A DNA stretch of 64,000 nt from an uncultured Methanosarcinaceae archaeon. Its GTDB lineage: Archaea > Halobacteriota > Methanosarcinia > Methanosarcinales > Methanosarcinaceae. The stretch lies in the NCBI GenBank assembly GCA_963847185.1, contig CAWJYV010000008.1, positions 960,001 to 1,024,000 on the forward strand, in the 5' to 3' direction. Made by a program: the position numbers and the translations under genes. Positions 1-10,802 of this stretch are shown piece by piece. A model generated the notes under the pieces. That model saw nothing but the letters and a program-made list of their open reading frames with translations. It searched no databases and was not told the DNA's origin. The stretch's first letter is position 1; each line of letters opens with the position of its first letter.

Positions 1-398
1 GTTCAATGACTCTTTTCCTAGGAGCCATTGCAGCGGTATCCCTGCTTGTAGGAGCTGTCGGCATCGCTAACACTATGTTTACTTCCGTCCTTGAAAAGAC
101 AAAGGAAATAGGAACTATGAAAGCCATAGGAGCGAAAAATAAGGATATCCTTATGATTTTCCTCTTTAATTCCGCAATGGTAGGTCTTGTTGGTGGTATT
201 CTTGGAGTTATTCTGGGATCGGTTGTTTCCTCTGGTCTCCAGACAATGATGGGAGGCGATATGACACCACATGGTGTTGGAATCTTCTTAATGTTTGAAG
301 GACTTGCCCTTGCAGTTTTGATAGGAGTGATCTCAGGAGTAGTACCTGCTTACAGAGCTTCGAAATTGAAGCCAGTAGACGCACTTAGATATGAATAA
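1..398 (+). CDS. ABC transporter permease (MacB/FtsX family), C-terminal part; 5' end lies outside the window
   Basis: Motifs GIANTMFTSVLEKTKEIGTMKAIGA and PAYRASKLKPVDALRYE are typical of FtsX-like permeases. Confidence 0.9.
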   Translation, partial: SMTLFLGAIAAVSLLVGAVGIANTMFTSVLEKTKEIGTMKAIGAKNKDILMIFLFNSAMVGLVGGILGVILGSVVSSGLQTMMGGDMTPHGVGIFLMFEGLALAVLIGVISGVVPAYRASKLKPVDALRYE

Positions 399-407
399 GA
401 TGGAAAT

Positions 408-435
408 GAACGGGGATTCACCCCTTCTTATTTCC
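408..435 (+). terminator. Hairpin plus pyrimidine tract between convergent genes
   Basis: GAACGGGG-ATTCA-CCCCTTC followed by TTATTTCC. Confidence 0.45.
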
Positions 436-479
436 TGCTTTATTGAAAGTGAGTATCTCAACAATGCCTAAAAAATATG

Positions 480-1430
480 TTAGCTGTCAGAATAAAGCCC
501 AGTTCTCCGATCTTCAAAGACAGGAATCATTTTGCGGACTTCCCCATTTCTTGACAGATCAAGGTCATGAACTATTATGCACTCTTTCTCTCCTGCATCG
601 GCTTTCACCTCGCCCCAGGCATCAATTATCATTGAGTTTCCAAAGTAGCTGCAGTCGGGGGCAGGACCTGTGCGGTTGCAGGCAATGTGCGGGATCTGGT
701 TTTCGATTGCTCTTGCCTTGGCAAGAATCTTCCAGTGTTCTGATCTGGGATTTGGAAAAGCGGCTGTAGTTACGAGGAGATCGGAACCGGCAAGGGCAAG
801 TTTTCGTGCAACTTCAGGGAAGCGAAGTTCGTAACAAATTTCGAAACCTATTCTCAAATTCTGTTTTCTCAGAGTTATGGGCTCGATTGAGTTACCCTTA
901 CAAAAATACTGGTTTTCTTTCTTGAAAGGATGAGTCTTCCGATAAGTGCCTGCAAGGATTCCGGATTCAAAGCAAAAGCCGAGATTATAATAAAGAGTAG
1001 AATTATTAGGACCAGATAAAGCAGAATTATTGGAATTAGAGGGAACTGAGCTGTTAGATCCGGAGATAGTAGATTTATTGGAGTTAAAAAGAAGAGAGTT
1101 CTTAGATTCAGAAAGAGTAGAATTATTAAAGTCGATAGAGGCCCCATTGACCGTAAGTTCTTTCGACAAAGTCGCTTTCTCGATTATTGAGCCTATGAGC
1201 ACGCAGTCATTGGCTTTGGAAAAGCATGCAAGGTTTTCAAGGGTGGGAGAAGGAAGATTTTCTGCGGTGTGGTCGAAGTTCTCGTAGCAAAAGCCTGTGG
1301 AAAAAACTTCCGGAAAAACGATGATTTCCGCTCCTTTTTCCACGGCTTCGAGGGCCATGTAGAGCGCTTTTTCAAGATTTTCCTGCTTTCTGCAGTGAAG
1401 TACGTCCATCTGGACACAGGCAACTTTCAT
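480..1430 (-). CDS. Carbon-nitrogen hydrolase / nitrilase family amidohydrolase with a Ser/Asn-rich insertion
   Basis: Catalytic E-K-C triad motifs FPEVF, YRKTH and EICYELRFPE; likely start MKVACVQ at 1430. Confidence 0.9.
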   Translation of the reverse strand: MKVACVQMDVLHCRKQENLEKALYMALEAVEKGAEIIVFPEVFSTGFCYENFDHTAENLPSPTLENLACFSKANDCVLIGSIIEKATLSKELTVNGASIDFNNSTLSESKNSLLFNSNKSTISGSNSSVPSNSNNSALSGPNNSTLYYNLGFCFESGILAGTYRKTHPFKKENQYFCKGNSIEPITLRKQNLRIGFEICYELRFPEVARKLALAGSDLLVTTAAFPNPRSEHWKILAKARAIENQIPHIACNRTGPAPDCSYFGNSMIIDAWGEVKADAGEKECIIVHDLDLSRNGEVRKMIPVFEDRRTGLYSDS

Positions 1431-1500
1431 GATTTTACCGCCAAATTTAGATTTGAATTCTGACATCTTATAATTTTCAGAACCTCTAAGCTGAATATTT

Positions 1501-2190
1501 TCAGGGAACAAGGGTAGTCTGCTTGCTTTTTGCAACCAGGCCTTCAAGGTTAATCCTGTGTTTTATCAACCCTGTAAGCACCTCATTTGCAAGCTTTGTA
1601 ACTTCTTCATTATTTCCTCTTATTTCATATGCAGGGTCATCAGGGGGAATCTCAATTCTTGTAACATCAGCCCTCGCTTTTTTCAGATGTGAATCCGGGG
1701 ACTCACAGACCATTCCAGGTTTTGCCAGATACTTGTCAAGTTGTCCTTGCATAATTCCTATCTGTTTTAATTCCTTACGGAAGCAAGGCCTTTCAAACAA
1801 TTTGGAGATCACATATACTCCAACAGGAATCTTGAGGTCCAAGTCAATTTTATTGAGCTGTGTCATGAAAATTGAATAAATCTCTTCAGGATCGGAATGT
1901 TCAGGATGCTTGAATACTTTGCCTTTTTCGGGCACGGATTCCCTATCTTTTTCGGTTAATTTTTCCATTTCTTTTTCTGGCAGAGCATATATTTTGGAAG
2001 GAGGAATATCCTTTTCCTCCAGAATTTCAAGGTCTCGGAGAGCTCTGAGATAACCTGTGAGGATCAAACGATGCTCATCTATACCTTCAGCTTTCAGTTC
2101 TCTTGAAAGCCCGCTGATTGAGAGCTGCCTGCCCTCCAGCAGTTCCAGAAGTTTTAAATTGAGTTTCTCTTCCATCTTTATCGACATCAT
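1501..2190 (-). CDS. Conserved hypothetical protein with an N-terminal winged-HTH-like region
   Basis: 229-aa ORF; LSISGLSRELKAEG...HRLILTGYLRALRDL resembles a wHTH. Confidence 0.7.
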   Translation of the reverse strand: MMSIKMEEKLNLKLLELLEGRQLSISGLSRELKAEGIDEHRLILTGYLRALRDLEILEEKDIPPSKIYALPEKEMEKLTEKDRESVPEKGKVFKHPEHSDPEEIYSIFMTQLNKIDLDLKIPVGVYVISKLFERPCFRKELKQIGIMQGQLDKYLAKPGMVCESPDSHLKKARADVTRIEIPPDDPAYEIRGNNEEVTKLANEVLTGLIKHRINLEGLVAKSKQTTLVP

Positions 2191-3115
2191 GGTTAATTAT
2201 TAATAGTGAACCCCTCAAGCTTCAGGCCAGAAAAAATACAGTCTCTCGCCAGAGCAATTGAGTGTAACGGTTGAATCTTTTTCCATACCTTTCAAATAGA
2301 CCGAAATTTTCCCTGTTTTAAAGGCAAGAAGCGAGAAAACCGCAGGCAGTAATAAACACGATGTAATTTATCCTGAATAATATAAAGCTTATGAGAGAGA
2401 TTTTAAAAGAGCCAAAATAAAGAGTTGGAAAGATAACTTTTGTGTATATAGCAAAGAAATGATCAAATCACATAAATAACTTAAAAATTCTCCTTACAGG
2501 TGTAAAGGGAAAAATCCTTTGGATAACTATTTAATACTCTATAATGAATCGGAACCTGCTAATCACAAATAGGGATATATTATACTCACTATTACTTAAC
2601 TAAGTATAAATTATCTTTTTTCAGGGATAATGGTTGGAGGGCAATGCTTAAAAATAATAATTGCTATCTGGATTAGGTTTAATTTGATTGTTTTTCAAGG
2701 ATGCAGAGAGAATTACAAATTAATTCCTGAAAAATTATTCACAGGCAAAGCATATGCACATCCTGACCATTTTAAACTGTTTGAAGTTTTATTTCAAGAT
2801 GCATATGTTTATTCGTGGATTGTTTAACAAATTACTTGAAAATAATACATCTAAGCATTATATCCTGTAAATATTCTGTAAATCTCATAGTCTTTGCTTC
2901 CTGATTCAGATCTCTTAAACCCGGTAAATCGGTCCCCTCAAAAGAAGTTCATCTTATTGGGTCTATCTTTAAGAGAATCCACATATATTGATATTTAATA
3001 AAAATTATATATTCATTTAACGCTATTTGCGTTTCTTACCGTCTGTTGCCGAATGCCTGTAATGGGTTAGGAGTCACAGGCAAACCTATCATTAGTGCTT
3101 ATTATGGAGAATGGT

Positions 3116-4153
3116 ATGCATCATAATGTATTCACAGATAACCCAACAGTTCCAATAGATGTAAAAGACAGGTCTGTAAGCGAATTGATAGACGGGATGC
3201 TTAAAACAGGTTTTCAGGGAAGGAAGCTGGCTGAATCCGTCCAGGCCTGGCACAACATGCTGAAAGAAAAGAACATGACAGTACTTATGGGCTTATCAGG
3301 AGCTATGGTCCCTGCTGGTATGCGCAGGGTAATTTCCTATATGATCCGGGAGAGAATGATAGACTGTCTGGTGAGTACGGGAGCAAATCTATTCCATGAT
3401 TCGCATGAGGCTCTTGGCAAGAAACATTATGTAGGTTCCCATCTAGCTGACGATGAAAAACTCTTCGAGCACGGAGTAGACAGAATCTACGATGTCTTTG
3501 CAGTAGAAGAAGAGTTCAGGACAGCAGATAATCTGATTGCAGATTTTGCAGAGAAAATTGGAGAGATTTCCTGTTCATCAAGGGAGTTTATGTACCTGCT
3601 TGGAGAGGAGCTTGCAAGGCGTGGAGGCGCTGAAGATTCTATAGTTGTGAGTGCATACAGGTATAATGTCCCTATCTTTGTTCCTGCACTTTCTGATAGC
3701 TCAATAGGAATAGGGCTTACAATTGCAAGAAGAAGAGGATTAAAGCTCGAGATAGATCAGATAAAAGACGTTGACGAGATTACTCAGATTGTGGAAAAAT
3801 CAGGGAAAACCGGTGTCGTCTATGTTGGAGGCGGAGTCCCGAAGAATTTTATTCAGCAGACTGAAGTGATCGCTTCTATTCTTGGAATGGATGCAGGGGG
3901 GCATGATTATGCAATCCAGTATACCTCTGATTCTCCTCACTGGGGAGGACTTTCAGGCTGTACTTTTGACGAAGCTGTTTCCTGGGGAAAAATTGCAGCT
4001 CAGGCAAAAAAAGTGCAGGTTTTTGTGGATGCAACTATTGCTCTTCCGATTATTGCCCATGCTCTGCACGAAAAATGCCGTGGACTGAAGCGCAGTGCCC
4101 CTGTTTACACGTGGGAAGGGCCTGAAGGTCTGGATATCACTTACGATGAATAA
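3116..4153 (+). CDS. dys: Deoxyhypusine synthase (DHS family)
   Basis: GLSGAMVPAG, GGGVPKNF and GGLSGCTFDEAVSWGK motifs; GGAG upstream of ATG 3116 (alternative starts 3104, 3095). Confidence 0.92.
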   Translation: MHHNVFTDNPTVPIDVKDRSVSELIDGMLKTGFQGRKLAESVQAWHNMLKEKNMTVLMGLSGAMVPAGMRRVISYMIRERMIDCLVSTGANLFHDSHEALGKKHYVGSHLADDEKLFEHGVDRIYDVFAVEEEFRTADNLIADFAEKIGEISCSSREFMYLLGEELARRGGAEDSIVVSAYRYNVPIFVPALSDSSIGIGLTIARRRGLKLEIDQIKDVDEITQIVEKSGKTGVVYVGGGVPKNFIQQTEVIASILGMDAGGHDYAIQYTSDSPHWGGLSGCTFDEAVSWGKIAAQAKKVQVFVDATIALPIIAHALHEKCRGLKRSAPVYTWEGPEGLDITYDE

Positions 4154-4216
4154 CAACATTACAAATCTTTATTATATTTGAAAGCTTATAACATAAGACG
4201 AAACGGAGAGGAGTAC

Positions 4217-4738
4217 ATGGGTAAACGAACTCGGATTATTAACGATCCTTCCTATCTAGTGCCATTGCTCAGGACTTTTGGGTCAAGAACTCACAAAAGA
4301 ATATTCGATGCACTTTCAAACAAATGGATGACTAGGCTGGAAATAGACGAGTTTATAGGCTCAGACTCATCAAAAAGCCTTCATATTCTCAAAAAAGCCG
4401 GACTCCTTGAAAGTCAGTGGAGAGTTCCCGAGGCAGGCCAGAAGCCTTCCAAAGAATATCATAGTTCTTATTCCAAGGTTCAGGTTAACTTCCAGTGTTC
4501 TTTTGAAGATCTGAGCGATATTATTATGCTGACCTTCAAACCATATGAAGAGGTCAAAGATGCGATAGAAGAGCTGGAAAGGCTGGTAGAAGAAGGCAAT
4601 ACTTCCATGAGTAACCTCACGCGGACTCTTAATAAGAATCCGTTCTATATCTGTGCTGTTGCCAGACGGTCTGAAAGGCTTTCCGTAATGGGGCAGAGAT
4701 TAAAATTAATTGAAGATGTAGAGGAGAATTACGATTGA
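4217..4738 (+). CDS. ArsR-like HTH transcriptional regulator (methanogen-conserved)
   Basis: RBS GGAGAGGAG before ATG 4217; wHTH-like LHILKKAGLLESQWRVP; its stop overlaps the next start. Confidence 0.75.
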   Translation: MGKRTRIINDPSYLVPLLRTFGSRTHKRIFDALSNKWMTRLEIDEFIGSDSSKSLHILKKAGLLESQWRVPEAGQKPSKEYHSSYSKVQVNFQCSFEDLSDIIMLTFKPYEEVKDAIEELERLVEEGNTSMSNLTRTLNKNPFYICAVARRSERLSVMGQRLKLIEDVEENYD

Positions 4739-5526
4739 TGATTAAAATCCTCCAGACTAAGAGCGGAGTAACCAAATTTCAGGTCCTTATTGAAGTTGCA
4801 GCCCATCAGCCGAATGTCAGGCAAAAGGAAATTGCCGCAAAAATCGGAATTACTCCCCAGGCGGTTTCGGAATATATTAAGGAGCTTGTAAATGATGGGC
4901 TGATTGTCACTGAGGGCCGGGTCCGGTACAGGATTACAAAAGAAGGCGTGGAATGGGTTCTTGAAAACGCCGCAGAAATGAAGCGGTACGCCCGCTTCGT
5001 TATGGAGGATATAATCAGCCATGTCTCAACCTGGACAGCTATTACAAAAGAGGACGTGAAAGAAGGGCAGCAGGTTTACCTGAAAATGGAGAACGGGCTC
5101 CTATATGTAAGCAGTACGGAAAATACAGGTGCATCAGGTACTGCCATATCCGATGCAGCAGCAGGCGATGATGTAGGAGTAACCAGCCTCAAAGGCCTGA
5201 TTGATCTGGAAAATGCGACCATTACAATCTGTAAGGTTCCTAGGGTTGAACGCGGTGGCTCAAGAAAAGTGGATCTAGAGCGCTTGAAAATGCTGGTAGG
5301 CTCAAAGCCCTATATTGCAGCTATTGGTGTCGAAGCGCTTATTTCTCTGCGCAAGCTTGGGGTAAGCCCGAATGTTATGTTCGGAACTAATGAGTCCGTT
5401 ATCGAGGCGGCATACCATGGGCTCTCGTCTCTTGTTGTTTCTGTAGATGAACAGGTTTCTTCTCTTCTTAACAGATTGGAAACCGAGAATCTGGAGTATG
5501 AACTTGTAGACCTTACGCTCGAGTAA
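4738..5526 (+). CDS. Winged-HTH transcriptional regulator (MarR/COG1497-like)
   Basis: N-terminal RQKEIAAKIGITPQAVSEYIKELVNDG HTH; TGATG coupling to the upstream gene. Confidence 0.85.
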   Translation: MIKILQTKSGVTKFQVLIEVAAHQPNVRQKEIAAKIGITPQAVSEYIKELVNDGLIVTEGRVRYRITKEGVEWVLENAAEMKRYARFVMEDIISHVSTWTAITKEDVKEGQQVYLKMENGLLYVSSTENTGASGTAISDAAAGDDVGVTSLKGLIDLENATITICKVPRVERGGSRKVDLERLKMLVGSKPYIAAIGVEALISLRKLGVSPNVMFGTNESVIEAAYHGLSSLVVSVDEQVSSLLNRLETENLEYELVDLTLE

Positions 5527-5754
5527 GTTATCCTTATTTTTATTTTTTAGTTGAGATGTCTCGGATTTTATTGTTCGGGACTATAATCTGCTATTTATTA
5601 GAATTGTTTTTGGTTTAGTGAGCATATAGTCAGTTATTTTTAAAGTTAATTTCTGCCTGCCGGGAATTTAAGGTTCGCTGCTTTTAGCTGCAGGTTTTTA
5701 TCTTTAAAGGCTATAATCTCTAAAGGCTATAGATTAATAAACCGGAGATTTTCC

Positions 5755-6315
5755 ATGAAACTTATTGCACTTTCAGATACTCATATGAAAACCGGAGAAA
5801 TCCCTCCGCAACTCCAAACTCTTCTTAATGAGTGTGATCTGGTCGTCCATGCAGGGGACTTCAGTACTCTGGAAACCTATCAGGCGTTTAATTCCAGCGG
5901 CAAGTTAAAAGCCGTTTTCGGAAATGATGATACTCCAGAGCTCAAAAGGCTTCTTCCTGAAAGGCTGATATTTGAAGTAGAGGGGGTAAAAATAGGGGTC
6001 GTGCATGAGGGGGGTCTTTCGGTTATAGATACTACTTCCCAGGGCTATCTGGCAAAAGAAATGGAAGTAGATATCCTTATTTTCGGGCATCTGCACCGCC
6101 CTTTGATTGAGAAAAAAGATGTAATGCTTGTCTGCCCTGGTTCTCCTACCAAACCCAGAATGTCAAGTCCAAGTGTTGTAGAACTCATAATAGAAAAAGG
6201 AAGCATTAGTGGGCGGATAATTCCTCTTGAGGGGGATACTTGCGGATATTTAAAATTCCAGGATTCCCTTAAAGAGCGCAAAGATGGCGAAGATCTTGAC
6301 AAAAAAAAGGCCTAA
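5755..6315 (+). CDS. Metallophosphoesterase (YfcE/MJ0936 family)
   Basis: SDTH, HAGD, GNDD, FGHLH and CPGSP motifs. Confidence 0.9.
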   Translation: MKLIALSDTHMKTGEIPPQLQTLLNECDLVVHAGDFSTLETYQAFNSSGKLKAVFGNDDTPELKRLLPERLIFEVEGVKIGVVHEGGLSVIDTTSQGYLAKEMEVDILIFGHLHRPLIEKKDVMLVCPGSPTKPRMSSPSVVELIIEKGSISGRIIPLEGDTCGYLKFQDSLKERKDGEDLDKKKA

Positions 6316-6461
6316 TGACCTGGTTTGCAGGTGAAGACCTGTAAAAGAATTTAATCTGAATTCCCCCTGAACAGAGCTTTAAATAAGTTTGTTGCCGAAT
6401 TTTCGGCATACGCCTTGCTAATAAAGTTTCAGGCACTTCTTTTTTGGCAAGTTTTCTCAGT

Positions 6462-6683
6462 TTACATTGTCTCCAGCTTGAACATTACTCCTGTGCCCTG
6501 GAGGCTCAGGTATACTTTATCTCCAAACTCGAGAATCTTCTCAACACTAACATTGCTGTTCCAATTATATACAAAATCGTAGCTACCCTGCATGGGTTCG
6601 AAGCCCAGAGACATCAATCTTCTGTTAATCTCTGACGGACGAGCCCCTTCGCTACTGAACCAGACAAGAAGATAGGTTTTCAC
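6462..6683 (-). CDS. Small conserved hypothetical protein
   Basis: 73-aa ORF with GTG start after GAGATGA; protein-like composition (MKTYLLVWFSSEGARPSE). Confidence 0.7.
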   Translation of the reverse strand: MKTYLLVWFSSEGARPSEINRRLMSLGFEPMQGSYDFVYNWNSNVSVEKILEFGDKVYLSLQGTGVMFKLETM

Positions 6684-7090
6684 AGGATCATCTCACATTA
6701 CAATTTCCTGATTCTTTTTATGTTAATTCGCTTTCAAATGCATATTCCTTATTTTATATCATGTCTCGGTTATTTATTTATATTTTGCTTCTTCTTCTCT
6801 AAAGCCAGTAAAAATAAAAATATTTGCTAATCCAATCAAAAAATTAAATCAACCTGAAAGTGGGAATAGAATAGAGAAAATACGGAGAAACAAGATGGAA
6901 AAGGGGAAATAAGAGAGAAAAATAACAGGGAACGGAAGAACAGAGGATAAGAAACGAAAAAAAGGGGAGAATAGGCAAGGAAAATAGAACGGATAAGAAA
7001 ATACAAAAATTTCCTGGGAAACCGGAAATGAGTGATATTCGATTTGAAAAATTAGGGGTATTTTACACCCCTGGCAGGTTGCCCGTGAAT

Positions 7091-7660
7091 TCATGCTCTT
7101 TCTTTAAGAGATTCAAGGGCCTTTTTAACCATTCCACTGTAGACTTCCGTGTCAGTAGAATAATGCTCTTTTGCAAGCTTTGAGTTCTGATCTTCCTCTG
7201 TTTTAAGTGCCCTTATCCTCTCAAGAGTCTGTTTTGAAGTGTCAAGCACCCAGAGATCACGGGTAATTTCGTCCACTTGCTGGATGGACTCTGGGCGAAT
7301 GGAGGTAAGGACATTTCCGTCGTCCGTGGTATATGTGCTGGTCTTGCCTACAACTGCTACAAAAGCCGGTAATTCACATTCAGCAAGGAACTGAGCTGCT
7401 TCGGGCTGATATTGTCCGGCATAGACAAGGAAGGAACCTGTGGGGTCGGAAATCCTGCCTCTCCAGTATTCGGAGTCAGAGCCGATATCTTCTTTTTCGA
7501 TAAGTGTGCCTACAAGGAAGATGCGGTTTACTTTTGCTCCTGTTGGGGTCAGGACGTACTGTGGAGCATACTGGTCACTTTCGTCCCGTGAAGCTAGGTT
7601 TGAGTCTTTTAACTCCTGAGCAAAAACTCTGCGGGCTACTTCTCTAAAAAAGCCTGCCAT
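7091..7660 (-). CDS. RPA-associated OB-fold protein (RPA32-like, COG3390)
   Basis: REVARRVFAQE...TPTGAKVNRIFLVGTL...YAGQYQPEA; directly downstream of rpa. Confidence 0.85.
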   Translation of the reverse strand: MAGFFREVARRVFAQELKDSNLASRDESDQYAPQYVLTPTGAKVNRIFLVGTLIEKEDIGSDSEYWRGRISDPTGSFLVYAGQYQPEAAQFLAECELPAFVAVVGKTSTYTTDDGNVLTSIRPESIQQVDEITRDLWVLDTSKQTLERIRALKTEEDQNSKLAKEHYSTDTEVYSGMVKKALESLKERA

Positions 7661-8917
7661 TTACTCCACCTCCATTTCAGTAATCATTTCTTCAAGGAGC
7701 TCTCTGTCCAGAGAAGCTCTTGGAGTAATTGAATCTACAAGGATGTAGCGATCAAGTTTGTGCCCGGTAACTGTGTAGTATCTACCTACAAGTTCATGCT
7801 TCAATTTATCCAGGACAACTCCGGGATCAAGGGCGTCAGCAGCCATTGCAATTGCACTATCCAGAGAAAGCCCCACAAGCTCTTCAGTAAGTTCCCTGTT
7901 AATTAGAGCATCCTGAGTAGAGGTTCCCGAATCCAGGACAGCTTTTATCCTTAGATCGTATTCACCCTTTACTTTCCCATGCTCTGGACAGGCACCCTTA
8001 ACCAGAGCCCTCTTGCACTCAGGGCAGCGCTTTATAAGTCCTGAACCGGTCTGGATATCTACCATTGCACCAAAATACGTGACTGCAGAGGATCCGACTG
8101 AGATATCTTCATCAAGCTCTTCTATGGAACTCGATCTGTTAAGCTGGATTTGAGCCTTACCGCTCCATTCATTGACAACTATGTTTTTCAGGAGGTAACT
8201 TTTGCCTTCTTCCATATCCGGAAGTTCGGAACTGGCCCAGTTGGTGAATTTGATGACACCTGTAGGATCTCCCAGAAGTCCTGCCTGTTCAATGGATTCG
8301 TGAGAGTTCTCCCAGAGCTGAACTACTTTCCCTTTAACTGTAGCCCACTGCCCTCCGATAAGGTCAGCAATATTTCTGAGTTCTGCCTCTCTTGCAGTTG
8401 GAATGAAGTCTCCGCCTCCGACATCAACGGCTTCAGCCAGTTTTTCTATTGAAGTGTTCTTGTTGAGTTGAACCTGGAATCTGCCGTTATACTCTCCGAC
8501 TACAACACTCCTGAAAAGATAACTCTCTCCCTGTTCTAGCTTGGGAAGTTCAGCATTTTTCCATTCTGTAAATTTTATAATTCCTGTTTCGTCCCCAAGG
8601 AGCCCTACCTGAGATATGGATTCATGAGTATTTTCCCAGAGCTGGACAACCTTAGCCTTAAGATTTGCCCATTGCCCGTTCTCTGAAAAGTCCGCAATTT
8701 TGGTCAGCTGCGGCTCAGCCTGCCTCATGTAAAACTCATTCTTAGGAATTGAATACTTCTTCAAAAGATAATTGGTCACGCTGCGCTGGGCTTCGTTGGA
8801 AGGAACTTTGAATTTGGTAATCAATTCATTAAGTCTGGTTTCGATGTCTTCCTGCGGTACATCGATGCCAAGCTTTAAAAACCGGTCTTTAATTGATTCT
8901 GTTATTTGTTTCATCAT
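7661..8917 (-). CDS. rpa: Replication protein A (OB folds plus CCCH zinc finger)
   Basis: Duplicated OB units (KVVQLWEN.HESI.Q.GLLGD.TG.IKFT.W), CPEC...CPEH zinc finger, RBS GAGGT. Confidence 0.92.
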   Translation of the reverse strand: MMKQITESIKDRFLKLGIDVPQEDIETRLNELITKFKVPSNEAQRSVTNYLLKKYSIPKNEFYMRQAEPQLTKIADFSENGQWANLKAKVVQLWENTHESISQVGLLGDETGIIKFTEWKNAELPKLEQGESYLFRSVVVGEYNGRFQVQLNKNTSIEKLAEAVDVGGGDFIPTAREAELRNIADLIGGQWATVKGKVVQLWENSHESIEQAGLLGDPTGVIKFTNWASSELPDMEEGKSYLLKNIVVNEWSGKAQIQLNRSSSIEELDEDISVGSSAVTYFGAMVDIQTGSGLIKRCPECKRALVKGACPEHGKVKGEYDLRIKAVLDSGTSTQDALINRELTEELVGLSLDSAIAMAADALDPGVVLDKLKHELVGRYYTVTGHKLDRYILVDSITPRASLDRELLEEMITEMEVE

Positions 8918-9509
8918 TTCTACCTCAAGCCTCTTGTTCATTTTTATTTTTATAGAGAGGCGCTTTTAGGTACTACGTTACAGAATATAAAGCTTAGGAA
9001 AGCGGAGTGAAAGTATTTTTGATACGGTAATAATCTCTCTGAAAACTGCTCTTAAAGACTGAAAAGCCCTGTAGAATTAATCTCCGAAAATTCATTTCTC
9101 TTCCAGGGAATATGTTTTTCAGGCTGTTTTTTGAAAATTCTCCTGAAATATAGCCGCTTCCAGATTGCTTTTCTTCTTTAAAATTATTTCAACTTTTCAT
9201 TTGAATTTTTTTTTGATAGATATGTCTGCCTAATCCATATAAACTTATTTGTAGAGGATATCTCAAGAACTTATTACCTTAAAAGTTGTATTCGTAGACT
9301 TAGCCAGAGGACTATTTCCTTACAACTGCAGGTTAGCAAAAGAAGTTCTTAGAAATTTTTAAATGGTTAAGGTTAATCTACTCAAAAGCAGGATTTTGTC
9401 CAAATAATGATAGGATTAAATTGGAGATTAAATAAAGAAAGCTCATCCCATTTCTATGCATCTAATCTCCAGTAAAAAGACTCAATGACATACTTTATAC
9501 TGCCTGAAA

Positions 9510-9917
9510 TCAGGCAGTAGTTTCCCTTGTTATGATATAAGCGACCATCCCAGGGTTAAGCTTTCTTTCCCTTGAAACTTTTGCCTCAATTTCCTCAGTG
9601 GGTTTGCCCTCTAGTTTCATTTCTTTTATTTTTTCGATCACTGAAGATGGGATGGTGTAATATTCGTTTATATCTTTTCTGTGGCCCCATACATCTCCTT
9701 CAAGCAGCTGAATTCTCTGCATCTCAAGGAACATTTCTATTGATTTTGAAATCGTAGCCATGTAAGATTTTGGTAACTGGATTACCTCAACCTTCGGACA
9801 GGTCTCAACAAGTCCGAAAATGTCCTTATTTGAAGGCCTGAAGGCCAGGTGAATGATACGTTCATTAGGATTTAATGTAAAGATTTCTTCTCTGGAACTG
9901 ACTACTCGAATTTTCAT
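9510..9917 (-). CDS. DUF1699 family protein (paralog 1)
   Basis: MKIRVVSSREEI...HLAFRPSNKD...GDVWGHRKDINEYY signature. Confidence 0.9.
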   Translation of the reverse strand: MKIRVVSSREEIFTLNPNERIIHLAFRPSNKDIFGLVETCPKVEVIQLPKSYMATISKSIEMFLEMQRIQLLEGDVWGHRKDINEYYTIPSSVIEKIKEMKLEGKPTEEIEAKVSRERKLNPGMVAYIITRETTA

Positions 9918-10277
9918 ATTATTTTCTTTTACCCCTTGTAATTTCTTTTAGTTGTAGTTCAATATATACTAGTTATACTTTCTATAAATATTTATCTCAT
10001 TGAACTAATATTATTTCAATAGTTTTAGAAGATGTGGATTCTGATAAACCTTATAACTTGATCTGAAAAAATTTGATATGGGATAAATTTGATATGGGGT
10101 GAGATTATAAATTTTAATAAATACTTTTTTCTGTTTTTTACTTTATTTCCATTTTGATTCTTCATATTATATTTTTTTCTAAAAACTGATTAAATTATAT
10201 AAGTTAATTATGAGTGAAATACAAAGTAGGCTCATTTATGAAGTCGAAAATCTGTCCTCTTATCATCTTTTTCCACA

Positions 10278-10484
10278 TTATAAGTCTCCTATATTTGCTA
10301 ATACATATGACAGATAAATCCCGGCATTAAAGGCAGCCGTATAGTTCTGTGCCTCAGCTTTTGGATTAACTTCTTTGTCAAACTGTCCTACCTGATCAGT
10401 TAAAGCTGATATAAAGACCAGTGGAGATTCTGTATAAGCAAATATATTGGCTACTATAACACCATGTGTTGTTTCAACTGAAAC
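10278..10484 (-). pseudogene. Decayed 3' fragment of a coding sequence
   Basis: Open frame VSVETTHGVIVANIFAYTESPLVFISALTDQVGQFDKEVNPKAEAQNYTAAFNAGIYLSYVLANIGDL* with an in-frame stop directly upstream and no start codon. Confidence 0.45.
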
Positions 10485-10802
10485 TTATTTTTCATAAAAT
10501 TCTCAAAAACTATTGGCATTATTATCTGTTATTTCTGGTACTTACTGCAGCTGGATGTACAAATTATATAGATAAATTTCTCGAAAAAGTTGAACCTCAT
10601 TACAGTGGAACAGCAAGTGGGATGCCTTCATTTCGGCTTTGAGCCCCAAAATTTTAAAAATATATTCCAGCCAAAGTTGCACTGGCGCACCCCTGCAAAC
10701 AATGGGGTATTTGACTAATAAAAGCAATAAAAATCCCGAAGTAAGGGATAATAGGATACGATCTAACCGACTATCCCTTTCTCCTTATTTAGCCAGATTT
10801 TA

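Noticed and set aside
6849-7094. 81-aa Phe-rich ORF / purine-rich tract
   Set aside because: Low-complexity pyrimidine tract downstream of the rpa operon, most likely a terminator region; the ORF is a compositional artefact
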